A stretch of 64,000 bases of DNA from positions 5,557,053 through 5,621,052 of the forward strand of contig NW_003526941.1 of NCBI RefSeq assembly GCF_000181795.1, in the 5' to 3' direction. Below are positions 36,126-49,478 of the stretch, piece after piece. A program made the position numbers and the translations under genes. The notes beneath the pieces are model-generated. The model saw nothing but the letters and a program-made list of their open reading frames with translations, was not told the DNA's origin and ran no database searches. Each line of letters opens with the position of its first letter. Positions within the stretch are counted from its first letter, which is position 1. This DNA comes from Trichinella spiralis (lineage: Eukaryota).

Positions 36126-39100
36126 CTACATTTCCGTCTCTTCTTCTTGTTGAAGTTCAACGTCCAGCAAATTTTTGTACTGAATTGCTGCGAATCGATC
36201 CCATTCGTTGGCTGCGTCTTCAAACTTGAAAAGCAATACAACAGAATGAATGAAATAACCGAAGAAAAACCGTCAACGATGAAAATATTATATAAATAAA
36301 TGCATAAAACAACTGATGCACCGTGTTTACCTCATCATATAGATGGCGGCTAGAATCAGGATCTTCGTGCGTGAGAAACTTTCTAACGTTGAAGAATGTA
36401 TCGAAAAAGAACGCTGACATACGGCATCGTTTCAGATCACTCAACGATATTTTATCTGGATGAGCCGGCTTGACGGCGTCGAAAATCTTTAAAAATAAAA
36501 GTAAAATGAAATTGCGAAATTAATAATAAAATACAAGTTTGAAAGTGAAATATATATGCACATCCGCATCTCACCTGACAGATGAGATCAGTGAAAGGAA
36601 CCGCCGCCAGACCGTATTCAGTCATCCTCTCCACCTGTTCTTCGTAGAAATAATGCAACTCGTACATGGACAAATAACCATCGCCGTCTAAATCCATGCA
36701 ACGAAACCAATATTCGATACTAAAAATCAAAGAATCAAATCATTAAAAATAAAATACCTTCCCTTCGCTTGGTTACAATACATCGCATACCTCTTCGGAT
36801 GTTGTTTGTCCACTTCTGCAATTAAAAACCACACAAATTCCACGTAAGTCATTTGTTGAACGTTGCTTGTCATATTGCAATTCACGGCAGTAGAAAATAT
36901 TCGATCAATGATTCTTCTGTTTAAAGCTCAAAATGGAAAAGCTGTTTACAATTTTTCAATTTCAAAAATAAAATGAACCAAAAATTGAACTCGCTCACCA
37001 TAATCTGAATATCGCTCTAGATCCGTTTTATCAATGAGCATGTCGTGATCATCGTCCAATTTCCAAAACATACAATAAATGACGTAGAAGTGTTCATAGG
37101 AAAAATAATCCGTCACTTTGTTTATATCTTCTTCTTCTCTCAGACGCCAAAGTGTCTTAATCAGATTAAACATAACATAATATAACATAAGATTACATTA
37201 TACAAAAAAAATTATTTTCGCTAACCGAGCATAAAAATTAAAACAAAAAAAGCACTTACAGAAAGGAAATTTGCTCGTCTCAATTCAGTAGCTGTAATTT
37301 TCTCAGACCAGCTGAGGCTGACAGAAAAAAATATCCTCGATATTACCTTGAATAATAAATTTAAAAAATGAATTCGAAATAAATTTCAAAAATAGACAGA
37401 CATACTGTTTGTGCATAGCATGAATGAAATGTCGGCGCTTCGCGAAGACAAGAAAGTCCAGGATGATGATCTATGATATCCTATGAAAAACATTTAACAA
37501 AAAGTTTAAAAAAAAGAAATAATAATCAACAGCAGACAAATAAATGAACAAATATATAAATAAGTGAACATACTTGAATCATTGGTAAAAAGTTTGTAGC
37601 TATGACGTGATTTGCTGAATCGCCGTTCAATAAGCGAATGAATGCATACACCGGATCACTTCCAACTTTGCATATTCTGTGATTTGAAAAAAACGAGGAA
37701 AACATTAAACATAGAACAAATAGAATTTATTGAAAAAAAAATCACAAATCATACCGTTTCCAAAATTCTTTGAAATTGTAATAATTGACAAATCCATCAT
37801 CCGGTGCAGAACGGCAACAGTGGTAAAACGGCTGCCGGACGTAATAAGGCAAACCGCACGCTTCGGCTACTTCGCCCATTGCATGCAAATCAGCTTTTCC
37901 TGAATGTCGGACAAAAATTTCGGCACATTTTCTCAACTGTACACTAATTACATTCGGATCCGAGGGTTTACCGCATGGGAAATAAAATCTAAAAAATGCT
38001 ATATAAAAAACAACAACCACGTATATACATATGTACACCACACCTTGGGATATGTTCGTTTTGAGATGAAGCCAACAGCACCGGCGGTAAAGAGGGTTGT
38101 GGGAGCGTCAAATGAACAACGGGCAAGGAATTGGCGGTGCTTTTCAAGCTATCGGTTAGCCATTTGGCAGAAGAGAAATTATTTACGGTAGAATTGTGAA
38201 AAACGGCCGTCGGCAGTGTCGCATCCCAAACCCGTAATTTATTAATATTGATGTTGCTGCTGTTCAAGTTCTTGTTGTCAGTCGTTGCCTAAAAGGAAAC
38301 TAAGTTGAAAATAACTAAACAATTTGTGCATTACAATAATAATAATTACCGTATACTGTTGCTGTACATGAGGCATATTAGATCGGTCGTGTGGTATTGT
38401 TGGTCGCTTTTCAAATTGCAATATCCGTTCAGCTACTGAGCCGTTGATCATCCAGTTGGTCGGACGTGTGGCAACTGATTTAGCCGGTCGAGAACCAAAA
38501 ATCGCTTCGTCCGTTGCGGCGCTTGATTTTCCCGCTGCGGTCTGTCCGGCTCCGTGGGGTCTATTTCCATGCTTGGTTGGAGGAACGCCGAGATTGTTCA
38601 AAATGGAATCCAGCTCGGTAAAGTCCGGCTCGGGTCGTTCGGCAGTGGCGGTGCTGTTCACCATTGTCGGCGTCGGTCCAGAGAACGGTCGAATGGAACG
38701 TGTGGGCGTGGCACGCGGCTTCTCGTCGCATTCGTCGATGATCGCCTTGACTACCGTGTTCCAAGCTTCCCAAGTCGGCTGCCGGCTTCGATCGCGGCTC
38801 AGCTCCGTCGACGGTCTCGACACATCCTCGACGCCGTTGAAATCCGTCCACAGGCCAGTGCTGGTCAAGCTGGACGATTTTTGAATTTCACACCTTCGAC
38901 CGCGTTCACCACCATTTTCCACTGTCGTACTGAATCGATCACCATCCAACACCGGAGACGCGCACCTCTGCACCACGTAATCATATACGTCGCGATCGCT
39001 GAATGAACGATCCACTGTTGTCGCTTTTGGCCAGTAATAGCCTCAAAAAAAATTTATTCCACTATTTTGCCACCGTTCAAAATTAATTGCAAAGCTTGTT

Positions 39101-41046
39101 TAAAACAATTTACAATTTTAAAACAAAAAAAACATTTGAACAAACAACATTATACATATGTGCAAATAATACTGCAGCTAAGAAGTTGCTGTTGTTGTTG
39201 ATGATGTTTGGTCTAATCACACTAAAACTTGAAAAANACGGCAAAACAATCCCCATCATGCAGTAAACGCAAAAAATATATTCAATTTCTAAAATTACTC
39301 ACGATGGAATANGAGCATAATCTCTTCCAATTGGAGCAATTTTAAATTTGAAAATATGCAAAAAAATAATAATAAAAACATGCAGACGACAAAAAAAAGA
39401 AAATTATTCATTCAAAAAACAACGTGAACCATTCGTTAGTTTGCATTTGGGTTGAAAGAAAAAACTGCAGACGCCTATTGGGCAATAGCAAGCTTCAATA
39501 ATAATAATTAATAATAATTAATAATAATAAATAATAATAATTAATAATAATAATAATAATAAATAATAATAATAATAATAATAATAATAATNNNANNNAT
39601 ATAAAAAAAATNAGCACTTCTCAATTGAAGATAAAGNCGCAAATTTGAANGANTTTTCAANTACAATGCCGTTACTTATCTATATACTATCAGTACTTTC
39701 TTTTTCAAATTGATGCCAATCAAAACTTATTTCATTCACATTTCAATATTCATTACTACACAAAAAGAAATATAAAAATCAAAACGCCGGATCAATCAAA
39801 CTGCTATGCTAATTTTAAAAAAGAAAAAACAAATTATAGTAAAAATAAAATTTTTTCCTCGAAAATAAATATCTTTCACTAGACTGTTGGCAGTGTTGTC
39901 GATAATTTTTCCAATATAATCAGCTGCAAGCGGCTAATTGCCCTGTTTTGTGGTTAAATTTGGCTTATTGATGATAAAAGTTTAATCTTAGTAGCTTAAT
40001 TGCAAGCGAACTCTCTCAACCAAGCAGTAGTATTAACGTTTCAATTTTGCAAAGAAATATCGAAATAAACCAGTTTCAATACATTTATCAAAATGTACAT
40101 TCTCAATTATCAAATATGTAAAAATGAAAATCTGATTAATATTCAAAAATAACAGGAAAAAAAATTACACCTTTTATACGTGAATTTTTTTATCAATGAT
40201 AATTATTCTGAAAATAGCATGAAAAGCATTTGAAATATTAACAAAAAATCCACTGAATCGATTTTTGAAAAACTGAAAAATATGGCATTTGATGAGTGAA
40301 ATTATTTTCTTTATCTGCAAAAGTTAGCTTGCTTCCGCTTTACAACGCGCCTGACATCGTTCATCAATCAGAAAGGTGCAAAGCTACACTAAAACTTACG
40401 CAACTGATTGCCGAGGCGTGACAAGCTGACATGGTTAGCTGCTAACATTAGAATTGAAAAAGAAGAAGAAAACAAATGCTAATTTTTTCAAAAAAATATG
40501 CACATAAATAAAATCATATTTTTTACACTCACCATTAGTGATCGTTTTTGTAGAAATTGTCTGCTGTGATTCAGGATATCGATACCACTGTTGTTGTTGT
40601 TGTTGTTGTTGCTGCTGCTGTTGCTGGTAGTGATGGTGGTGGTGGTGCTGCTGCTCTTGCTGCTTCTGGTGATTACTGTATTGGTGTTGATGATAATGAT
40701 TTGATTTGGTAAAGCTTCTTGATTGAACATTATCATCCAGTTCACGAGCAAACTGATTACGTTTAGCCAAAAAATTCGACCTCCAGGTGTCGCTTCGACG
40801 ACGTGGCATTGTACCTACATCCTTCAGTACGTCGTCCAGGGCCGACAAGTCCGGCTGTACTGGTGCCAAGTGAGCCCGTTGAGCAACTGGTCTCAAATCA
40901 ACCGTACTGAACCACTGGCGATGGACAGTTGTGACAAGCTGATGCTGCACAGCTACAGGTTCCCACAAATGATGGCTTCGATTAGTAATGGCAGACCTAA
41001 GCAGAGACGGCGACCCCCAGCCACCGCGCTGGTCCGTCGCCGACAT
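36126..41046 (-). CDS. PPP2R3A: PP2A regulatory subunit B'' (PR72/PR130 family) with long low-complexity N-terminus
   Basis: [51 protein letters not shown] (EF-hands), [26 protein letters not shown]. Exon 41046-40533 ends in phase 1 and joins exon 39041-38350 in frame (G|GC TAT). Confidence 0.9.
39497..39591. repeat. (AAT)n microsatellite in PP2A B'' intron, next to low-quality N bases
   Basis: Near-continuous aataataat tract of ~95 bp. Confidence 0.95.
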
Positions 41047-42970
41047 CCACTGGTTTTATTTAATTTTCAATTCTTCTATTGTTTATTCAAACCAACAAGT
41101 TAGCATTGAAATTGAAAACAACTTTCTAAATCAATAGGCAAGGCTTCTTTTCCAGCTAAGAGAAGGCAATATAAATATATATATATTTATATTTATATAT
41201 CTATATACATATATACGTTGACCCAACGGCTGCCGTGCCACTGAAGAATGTATATATATGTTCAGACGGGCAACTGACAATCAAACTAAGCACCTCTTTA
41301 CTTGCTCCTCTATTAGCTGCCAACTGGCTAACGTTGAAGCGGCTGTCGTGATCGTTGCGGCGCTTGGGTGACGTGCAAAGCGCAGGTTGAAAATAACTAA
41401 CAGCCAAACGATGTGCTGGTAAACATAATTCGTTTTCTTCTTCTTCTTCTTCTTCTGCACTCTGCTGTTGCTTTCTTCAATTTTTCATTCAAAACTTTTT
41501 CCACTTCACAAAATCATTTCAAAATAACTTACCATCAATTCAATAGTAAATGTTCAATTCACAGATCATTCAATTTTGCAAATTTACAAATTATCAATTT
41601 CTTTTTCCTGACAATAAACTTCATGCAACCTCAATTCATTGCCTATATCGTCCTTCCTAGAAGAAAAATAATTGTACATAAAACAAGTCAAACAAAACAA
41701 TCTGTTAACAATTCTACTACCAATAACTGATGTCATTTAGATGTTATTAATTCTATCTAATCACCTCAAAATAATTTGATATGCAATTTGCTATTATAAC
41801 TTTACCACTCAGCCCACCCTCCAATCTTATGTCATTTGAAAAAACCTTCAAAAACGTGAAAATTATTAGAAAAAAAAGCAAACAAAACAGAAATTCTACA
41901 TTACATTATAAAACTGATAATTATATTTCCACTTGGTGGCGAATTTCTAACACATAAAAATGTATTTAACGTTTTGAAATTTAAAACAGATTAGCTTCGA
42001 ACTTTCTATAAATCTTACTTACGACGAAATGCGATACTTTTATACCAGAGAAAATGAAATGCCCTACTTTACTACAGAACAACTACCGGTACACAAAATT
42101 ATTTATACAATTGAAATCATACTGTATTTCTTTTAAATTTCAAAACAGTCCAAATTTCATATTTTTTTTAAAATCTATTCTTAAATCGTATACAAAATAT
42201 CAACTCTTCAAATGACATTCAATATTGCATTTAAAATAGAATAATAAAAAAATTTAAAAACAATTACTTCAACATGTCATCTTGTGCGGCTGTTGCTTTC
42301 TGTTTCGATTTATTGGCCGGTGACATTTTGTACATCAAACGTCGAATGGAAATTTCGGAAAAATCTTAAAATTTTTCATCTATATCGGGAAATGTAAATG
42401 AATCTTCAGTATTAAACAGTCATATTACTTTCTAGCAAAAAAAATTACACGGAAATCATCATATTCACATCTTTGCATTACATTAAATAGGAAAATGCAT
42501 CAAATTCAGAATTGACATTTTGCCGTCAGCCAACTGACAATTTTCAAGAAAAAATAAATTTCAACTGTCATAATTTCATTGAAATACAATTCATCCCCTG
42601 ATATATTTAGCATCATATAACGATTAAGAAAAATGCAGTCTAGAGAATAATAAACTTCAAGTAACATGCTTGACAAATTACACACAAAAATACAAAACCC
42701 CCCCAAGATATTAGCATAAAAATTATATTAAATATGACTTGTTATAAAAATAACACTGATAAAATTTACCCCTAATTCAATTTACCAAAACTTAAAAAAT
42801 TTCTGATGTTGCATAATGCAAATAATAAAGACATAAAAATCATAAGTTTTAAGAAGATGTTGTGTAACGTTATGCAATGAAAATGAATTAAACAAGCACA
42901 GACTGTAACACTATTTATATATATGACTTACCTTTTGATGTGATAATAATGCCTTTACGCNNNNNNNNNN

Positions 42971-44600
42971 AAACACATCTTTCGTCCCATTTTCAATTTA
43001 AATAATGCACTGCACATTTTGAGGAAAAACATTTTTTGAAAATTATTTTACGAAAAGCACGTTTCGCGTCATTTTCAATGAAAAATTGTTTCATGATCAA
43101 GAAAAAAGCACTACGTTTTATTTTAATAAAAAGAACAATAAAAATTTTGCAATTTTCAATTTGAATAATGGCAATCAATTATCAATAGATAAATGGAAGT
43201 TATGCAATTTGAAATTATTCAATTTCAATGTTATCTATCTTCTTTTTGTTTCAAATTTTTTTTGCATTTTTTTTGATTTTGTGATCATAGAGATAGTATT
43301 TGATCGATTTCCAAACGGATGAGTCATTTTTTTGCTTGTTTTTTTTATTTGCTTTGTTATTTTGAAATAAAAATAACGCGAAGGGCAATTTTTAGACGTC
43401 AGTGCAACCGACAGTGATGAAGAAAGCGACTATGCAATTGTGCGGCGTCCGAAAGCGCTTGATCCCAGCGTTGTGAAAAGTAATTTTATTTTAATTTTTT
43501 TTTAAAATATTAAATATTTTTGTTAAATAACAATTGAAATTAGTACTTATTAGCAGAGTTGTTTTAAAAAAAACAAAATAAAAAACACTGAATGATTGTC
43601 GCAAATTTCAAAAATTCATCTCTTCAAATATGCAATTTTATACTTTTCATTACGATTTTGCATTGTAAAAATGAAGCAATGCCATTTGATGTAGTTGTTA
43701 TGGATTAGTAATTATTCTATTATTAATAGATTCATCGATTGTAAAGAATCTATATGGTTGCAATGAAGTTTGAATTATTTGAAATGAATTCAGTTCCAAT
43801 TAATATTTAACTGAACAAACCTTACTTTCGAATATTGTTAGCAGTTAGTTATTCATTTCTTTTTTTTTCAATTTCAAGACAGCCAGCGCCCTATTTTTGG
43901 ATGATTCATTTACTGCTTGATTGATTGATTGATTCATACATTCATTTGCATTGATTGTTTTATCGAGTTTGAATCTTTTATTCCTATGCGTATGTATGGG
44001 CGCTAGTTTGTGGTGGTGGTGGTGGTGGTATTTGATGAATTCAATCAAATTGGCTGAATTTGCAAATGTTCTCTCTCTTCATTTCAAACACGTCGTCTGC
44101 TTGGACCAGTGATGATTAAGTGACTGTTGAAAGCACCAGTATCAACAATAGCACTTACAGCGGATCGTGGGGGAGGGGTTCACACATGCACAACACTGAT
44201 CGAGGGGAAATGCGCAGGGCGCATTGTGTTTTTATGTAAATAAACAAACAGTAATATATTATTATTAATTTGTTTACTTGTTTACTTTTCCAGTTTGTTG
44301 AATTGATCTATTCCTTTTCTGTTGTGTAGGCAGTTTGAAAACGGCCGACGATCTCGGCGCCATACCAAGCTTAAGCAATCGACGATCAATGTTGGAACAA
44401 TCGCAAGAAGGTCGAGTGGAGCGAAAATCACAAATCGACGTCGACTTAACTCAAGCTGGCAAAGTGAAAGACAAACTTAGTCGGTATGACGGTGATATTG
44501 TTTTATTTTTATTTATTTATTTTGCATCTTTATTCCCTAGTTGTCTGTTTACGTTTTTATGTATATTTGCTTATTTTTATTGATTATTTTGAAGCTTTGT
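42971..44600 (+). repeat. ~1.6 kb near-identical duplicate of 60853-62475 (contig overlap or haplotig)
   Basis: Begins right after the N gap (42961-42970). Identical ORFs 43086/60963 and 44335/62206; differs by SNPs and (TGG)n length. Confidence 0.95.
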
Positions 44601-47600
44601 CGACGGGCAAGATGTGGAAGTGGTGGATTCACCAAAACGAGAGCAGGCAAGCAATATATATTTTTTTGGATTTCACTTTTAATATTCATACAGTTGTTTT
44701 TTTCTGTCTTTTAGATTGTACTAGAGGTTGGCGCTAAAGAGATCAAATCCAAGTGGGAATCGGCTGCGATGGAAAAAGCTCAACTGCCGTCGTTGGCCAG
44801 TGAAGAATTGGACGCGTTGAAGAATAGTTCAGTGAAAGTGAAGGAACGTTTCAAAGAACGCACAGCTGCGGATATTGAAGAGCGTGAACGTCAATCGCAG
44901 GTCGAAGCCGACCTGGACACCACGTTCAGCCGTGAAGCTAGGGAACAATTCCTCAAAGGATTCCAAGACACGGCCGTGTCCAAGCAGCCGATTGATGATA
45001 TCAAATTTGCAGGTTGGGAAAAATTTGCAAAACTGTGAATAATAATAATGATAAGTGAAAGCCGCTTGTTCTTGTATCTTTAGAATTGGAAAATGTGAAG
45101 AAGAAGTTTGAAAATGTGGAAACAAAGCCGGTGGAACGTACCGAATTGGTCGATGCCAAGTGTGCCGAAATGGGCAACATCAAGGCGGCGTTTGAGCAGA
45201 ATGCCGTTCAACAGGATGAACAAGACAGGCAGATGTTGAAGCAGATGCAAATTGAATCGGAATTTAAGCGATTCAAAAAGGAAAAACGACGTCTAGAAGA
45301 GAAAGAGCGTCGTATGTCCGACGAACGTGCCCAGGCTGAAGTCAAAGTAAGCTTTTTTTGCCAAAGTTGTTGTTGTTGTTGTTGTCGTTGTTGCTATTGG
45401 AAAAACCCTTCCAGACGGTCCCTTATGAAGATCCAACCGATGTGCGCCAGTGTGCGGAACTGAGCTCGATCAAGCAGCGGTTCGAACAAGGAACCGCTTT
45501 CCAAGCCGACCAAGACACTGCACCGAAAGTTAGGCCGGATTTGGATTTGGAAATCAAAGTTGCCAGCAAAGCGAGGGAAAAGTTCAAAAAATTGGACGAA
45601 GAAGCTCCGGCCGTTGTCCAACAGCCGACGGCGGTCGGTGTGGTCAAGGAAAGCAAGTGGACGAAGGAAACGGCCCCAGTGCCGGAACCGATCAACCGTC
45701 GCAAACCGGCGGACGACGCCGACGAGGCCGATTCCAACCAACCCGAAGATTTCGAAGTCAAGCATCTGTTGGACAAGTTCAAGCAGATTGGCCAGACGGC
45801 CCAAGCCGACGCCCAAAAGCCCAAGGGACCCAAGCCGAAGCGGGTCATCACTCCACCGCCCGAAGGCTACAAAGCCGAGGTGGAGTCGGTCGGCAAAGAG
45901 AGACCGGCCGGTGTGGTAGTATCCGACACAGGGAAGCAGGAAGAGCAGCCGCTTGTCAAAACCGACGCCAAGCAGTTGCGTGAAAAATTCGAACGCAATA
46001 CCGCTGCTGCTGGTCACGTTGACGAAGAAGCCGCCGAAGAGAAGCGTCGTGAATTGGAAGAAGAATTTCGACGCATTAAAGGTACTGTGATGAATTGATT
46101 GATCTCAACTGAATCAATTAATTAATTATGGTAATTTTTCTCTACTTAAAGCTGAAAAAGAAATGGCAAAGAATCAAATTACAGAAGACCAAGATGATGC
46201 TGATGGTGATGGAAATGCAGCAGAAAATAAAGAGGATTTGGCCATTGCTGCTGAACATGCGCATAAAATGCGTGCCAGGTGGGAAAAAATACAAAAAAAG
46301 GAAGCAAAAAAGGCACAGAAGAGTACAATGCCGAGAAAAAATGTGAAAAAGGTATGAATTTGCAGATTTAATTTTTGTAAAATTATTTTTGTTGTTTAAT
46401 TTTATCTTTTTTTAAAAAAAAATTTATTTATACCCATGAAACATACAGACACACGCAAATCTAAGGTCTGAATTTTCAGACGAATACCGACCAATAGTGC
46501 TACACAAAAGTGAATTGCCGAATTATCGTGAAATATTATTATGCTTTATAATTTTGGTTGTTTCTTTCTTTTATGCCGCGAGAATTTTCTTTTCTTAATA
46601 TATTTTTAATATTTAATTTTACATTTAAATTCTGCTTTATTGCTTGACTTTGTGCTGCAGTTTATTTCTGAAATGCTTTGACAATGAGCAAATGGTCGTC
46701 GTCTTTGATGAAATACATATTGAATAAGCAAGCAAAGTTAGTTTTTCTTCATTTCCGTTCACATGTATTAATTATTATTCTCTTTCTCTTCATTGCTCTT
46801 ACTTTCCCAATCTCTCTCTCTCCCTCTCTTTCTCTTTATCTGTCTTGAACTTGTTCCAATCTATATACATACATACATGTGTACAACTTTGATCTCACGA
46901 AAATGAAGATAAAAAAGTTTTTTATATTAAATTAATTGATATGCATATTTTTTTCGAATTTTTTGTTTCTGTTTCTTTCTGATGACAACTTGGAGAAATT
47001 TCTTTACAAGTACATCAACAAAGTAAGTGTTGCTGCGTGTAGAGAAGAGTTTTTCCGCTTAGCTAGCTACCAGTATATACAGTGTCCTTAGCATGTCTCT
47101 TTCTTCACCTACTGTCGAATGTAAATCTTAGTGCTTTTTAGAAGCGAAGATATTCTCTCCCTCCCCCCTCTCACCCTTTTTTTGTTTTACAAATTAGATA
47201 TATTAACGTTTGCTTTTTCACACGGTCCAGAAGTTGTGTGGAAAATACTTTTGCTTCGTTGACCTTGTGCTAACCAATTAGCCATAATATAGCAATCTTA
47301 CCCGATAATGAAATAACCTTAGAAATGAAAAGTTGCTTCATTCATTTATTATAAGCATAATGAATTGTAGTTAGTGCATGATGTTAGGTTTGACTATTTT
47401 CTTATTATTTCTCTTTTTAGAGAAATTGGTTTCCATTTAATAATATTTTTTATTTCAAATTTATTTGTAGATTTTTCCTACCGACCACAACAGTACTGCT
47501 TCTGTTCGCAGTTGTCCCGTCTGTTCGAAAACGGTTTATTTGGCAGAAAAAATCGAATGCGACGGTCTTTCTTACCATAAACCATGTTTCCGATGTAAAT

Positions 47601-47864
47601 ATTGTCACATTAATCTCAGGTAAGCGTTGGCATATATATAATGATGCCAATTGATTGAATGCATTTGGCCCCCATTTGTATACTACATTCGTGCAAGTAT
47701 ACTTATTTATCTTATCTTTTATTTATTTTTTTAGGTTGGAAACATTTGTAAACGGTCCGGACGGTATTTATTGCACGGCACATTATAAATTGTTGTTCAA
47801 TAATCTTAGCAGAATTGTTTACGATGGACGTCCGGCGTCATTTTTGTGCTCGCTTAAATCTTGA
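43396..47864 (+). CDS. 3' half of EPLIN/LIMA1-like actin-binding LIM protein (charged repeats + C-terminal LIM)
   Basis: Repeated KxxFE motifs (KKKFENVE, KAAFEQ, KQRFEQ, REKFER). LIM domain CPVCSKTVYLAEKIECDGLSYHKPCFRCKYCHINLR|LETFVNGPDGIYCTAHY over exons 47471-47619 and 47735-47864. Confidence 0.85.
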
Positions 47865-49478
47865 AATTTCAACTGATGTAAAGCAACTTTTTTTCTGATT
47901 TCTTCTCATTTTTAACATTTATTTCAAAGAATTTCTTTTTTAAAAAATTAATGTACTTTTACAATTGACAATTGAAGAAAGAAGTTGCGCTGAAAATTTC
48001 GTCAACTTTCACTTCACAGGTTACGGTAGCAGGTGTAACTTGTTGTTTCGTATACTGTAGTGAACTCTGCCATTTGCCGCTTTATGTATGTCGATTGAAG
48101 GAGTTTTTTCTGTTTATTTCTCTTTTTCACTTGTTCACTGAAACTCTCCATCAGTGCAGTTGTTTATTTTTTGTGATTATTTTTAACATTGATATTCATG
48201 ATACTGTGATACATATTGCACGTTTGCTGCGATTGGTTTGGTTATTTTCACCGTCAACTGCCGTCCTTCCTCACCTGTATGCTTGAACGTTGAAGGTAAA
48301 AGGATGTGTTTTGCTTATTCATTTTTGCTTCTGCGCTTATTTTTATTCAATGCGATTTGAAGTGAATTTCAATTTGCATTTTATCATCAAATTAGAAGTA
48401 CAAAAGGCAGTTCATACAATAAAACTTTGATAATTTGTAAAATTCTTTGTAAAATTATGACAAAAGATTATTCGATGGTTATCATTAAGATGAGCTTGAT
48501 TTCAATTTGATAAATGTGGAATGTTTTCATTTTGTTTGTCCGTTTGAGAAGTTTTCATTCAGCTCATTAGTAGATAGTTAGGAAAGGTTTGTTGGCTTTG
48601 GTTGTTCTCGTTTGGTATTTTATGTTTTTAGTGTTTGTTTGTTTGAAATTTTCAACGTGAGAAAATATACAAAAAAACAGCTTGAGGCAGCAGATGATTA
48701 ATTGAACGAGAGAATCAATCAATCCAACTATCGATGGTAGACGGTGTTTTACGGGTTGGGCGTTTTCTCAGAAATTTGCATTATTTATTATTGATGTAAA
48801 TTGATAATTGGCCCATATGTGCGACGCAATTTTCTAGCAAATGTGTGTTGGGAGTGACCCGAATTTCTTTCCGCCTCTCTTGTTTTTCTGACACACGCTA
48901 ATTGTGGTGGTGTCTCCAATGGGTTGCACCATTGTATGTATGTGTGCACGTCTGTCCTAGCTGAACACGAAAAATGCTGCTTCATTTGTGGAACAAGTAA
49001 ATTCACCTTCTGGCTATTCAATTCAGTGTTCATTCAATTTGACCGACAAACTACTACAACAGCTACTACTACTACCACTACTACATCATACTGCATCAAT
49101 ATGTAAATTGATATTGTGTTGAAACTATGGTTGTCATTTTATAATTTACAGCTACACAAAACTAAACTGCTGTCTATGCAAGCGAAAATGATTGGATTAT
49201 GATTAAACCAAAGAAATTGTTTGATAATAATAAACTTGAGACAAATATTTTTTTCCCTTTTCAATTTACGCATCATACAAAGTTGGAATTTGACCACAGT
49301 ATGCCTTGTAATAATAGTTAGTTAGTAGTTGTTTAGGGTTATTATTTATGTTATTTTGCTCGAATAGATCGCACCAAACGAAGAATACTGTAATAAATAA
49401 TAATTACCATTCCACAGACAGACAGACGGACAGACAGATAATTCAGTAACATTCAACAGTAGGTAAACTTTAGAAATA

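Noticed and set aside
38444..39006. Antisense or overlapping ORFs on the PP2A exon (likewise 45394-46017 and 49502-50407)
   Set aside because: Shadow ORFs expected on GC-rich coding exons; no independent domain signal.
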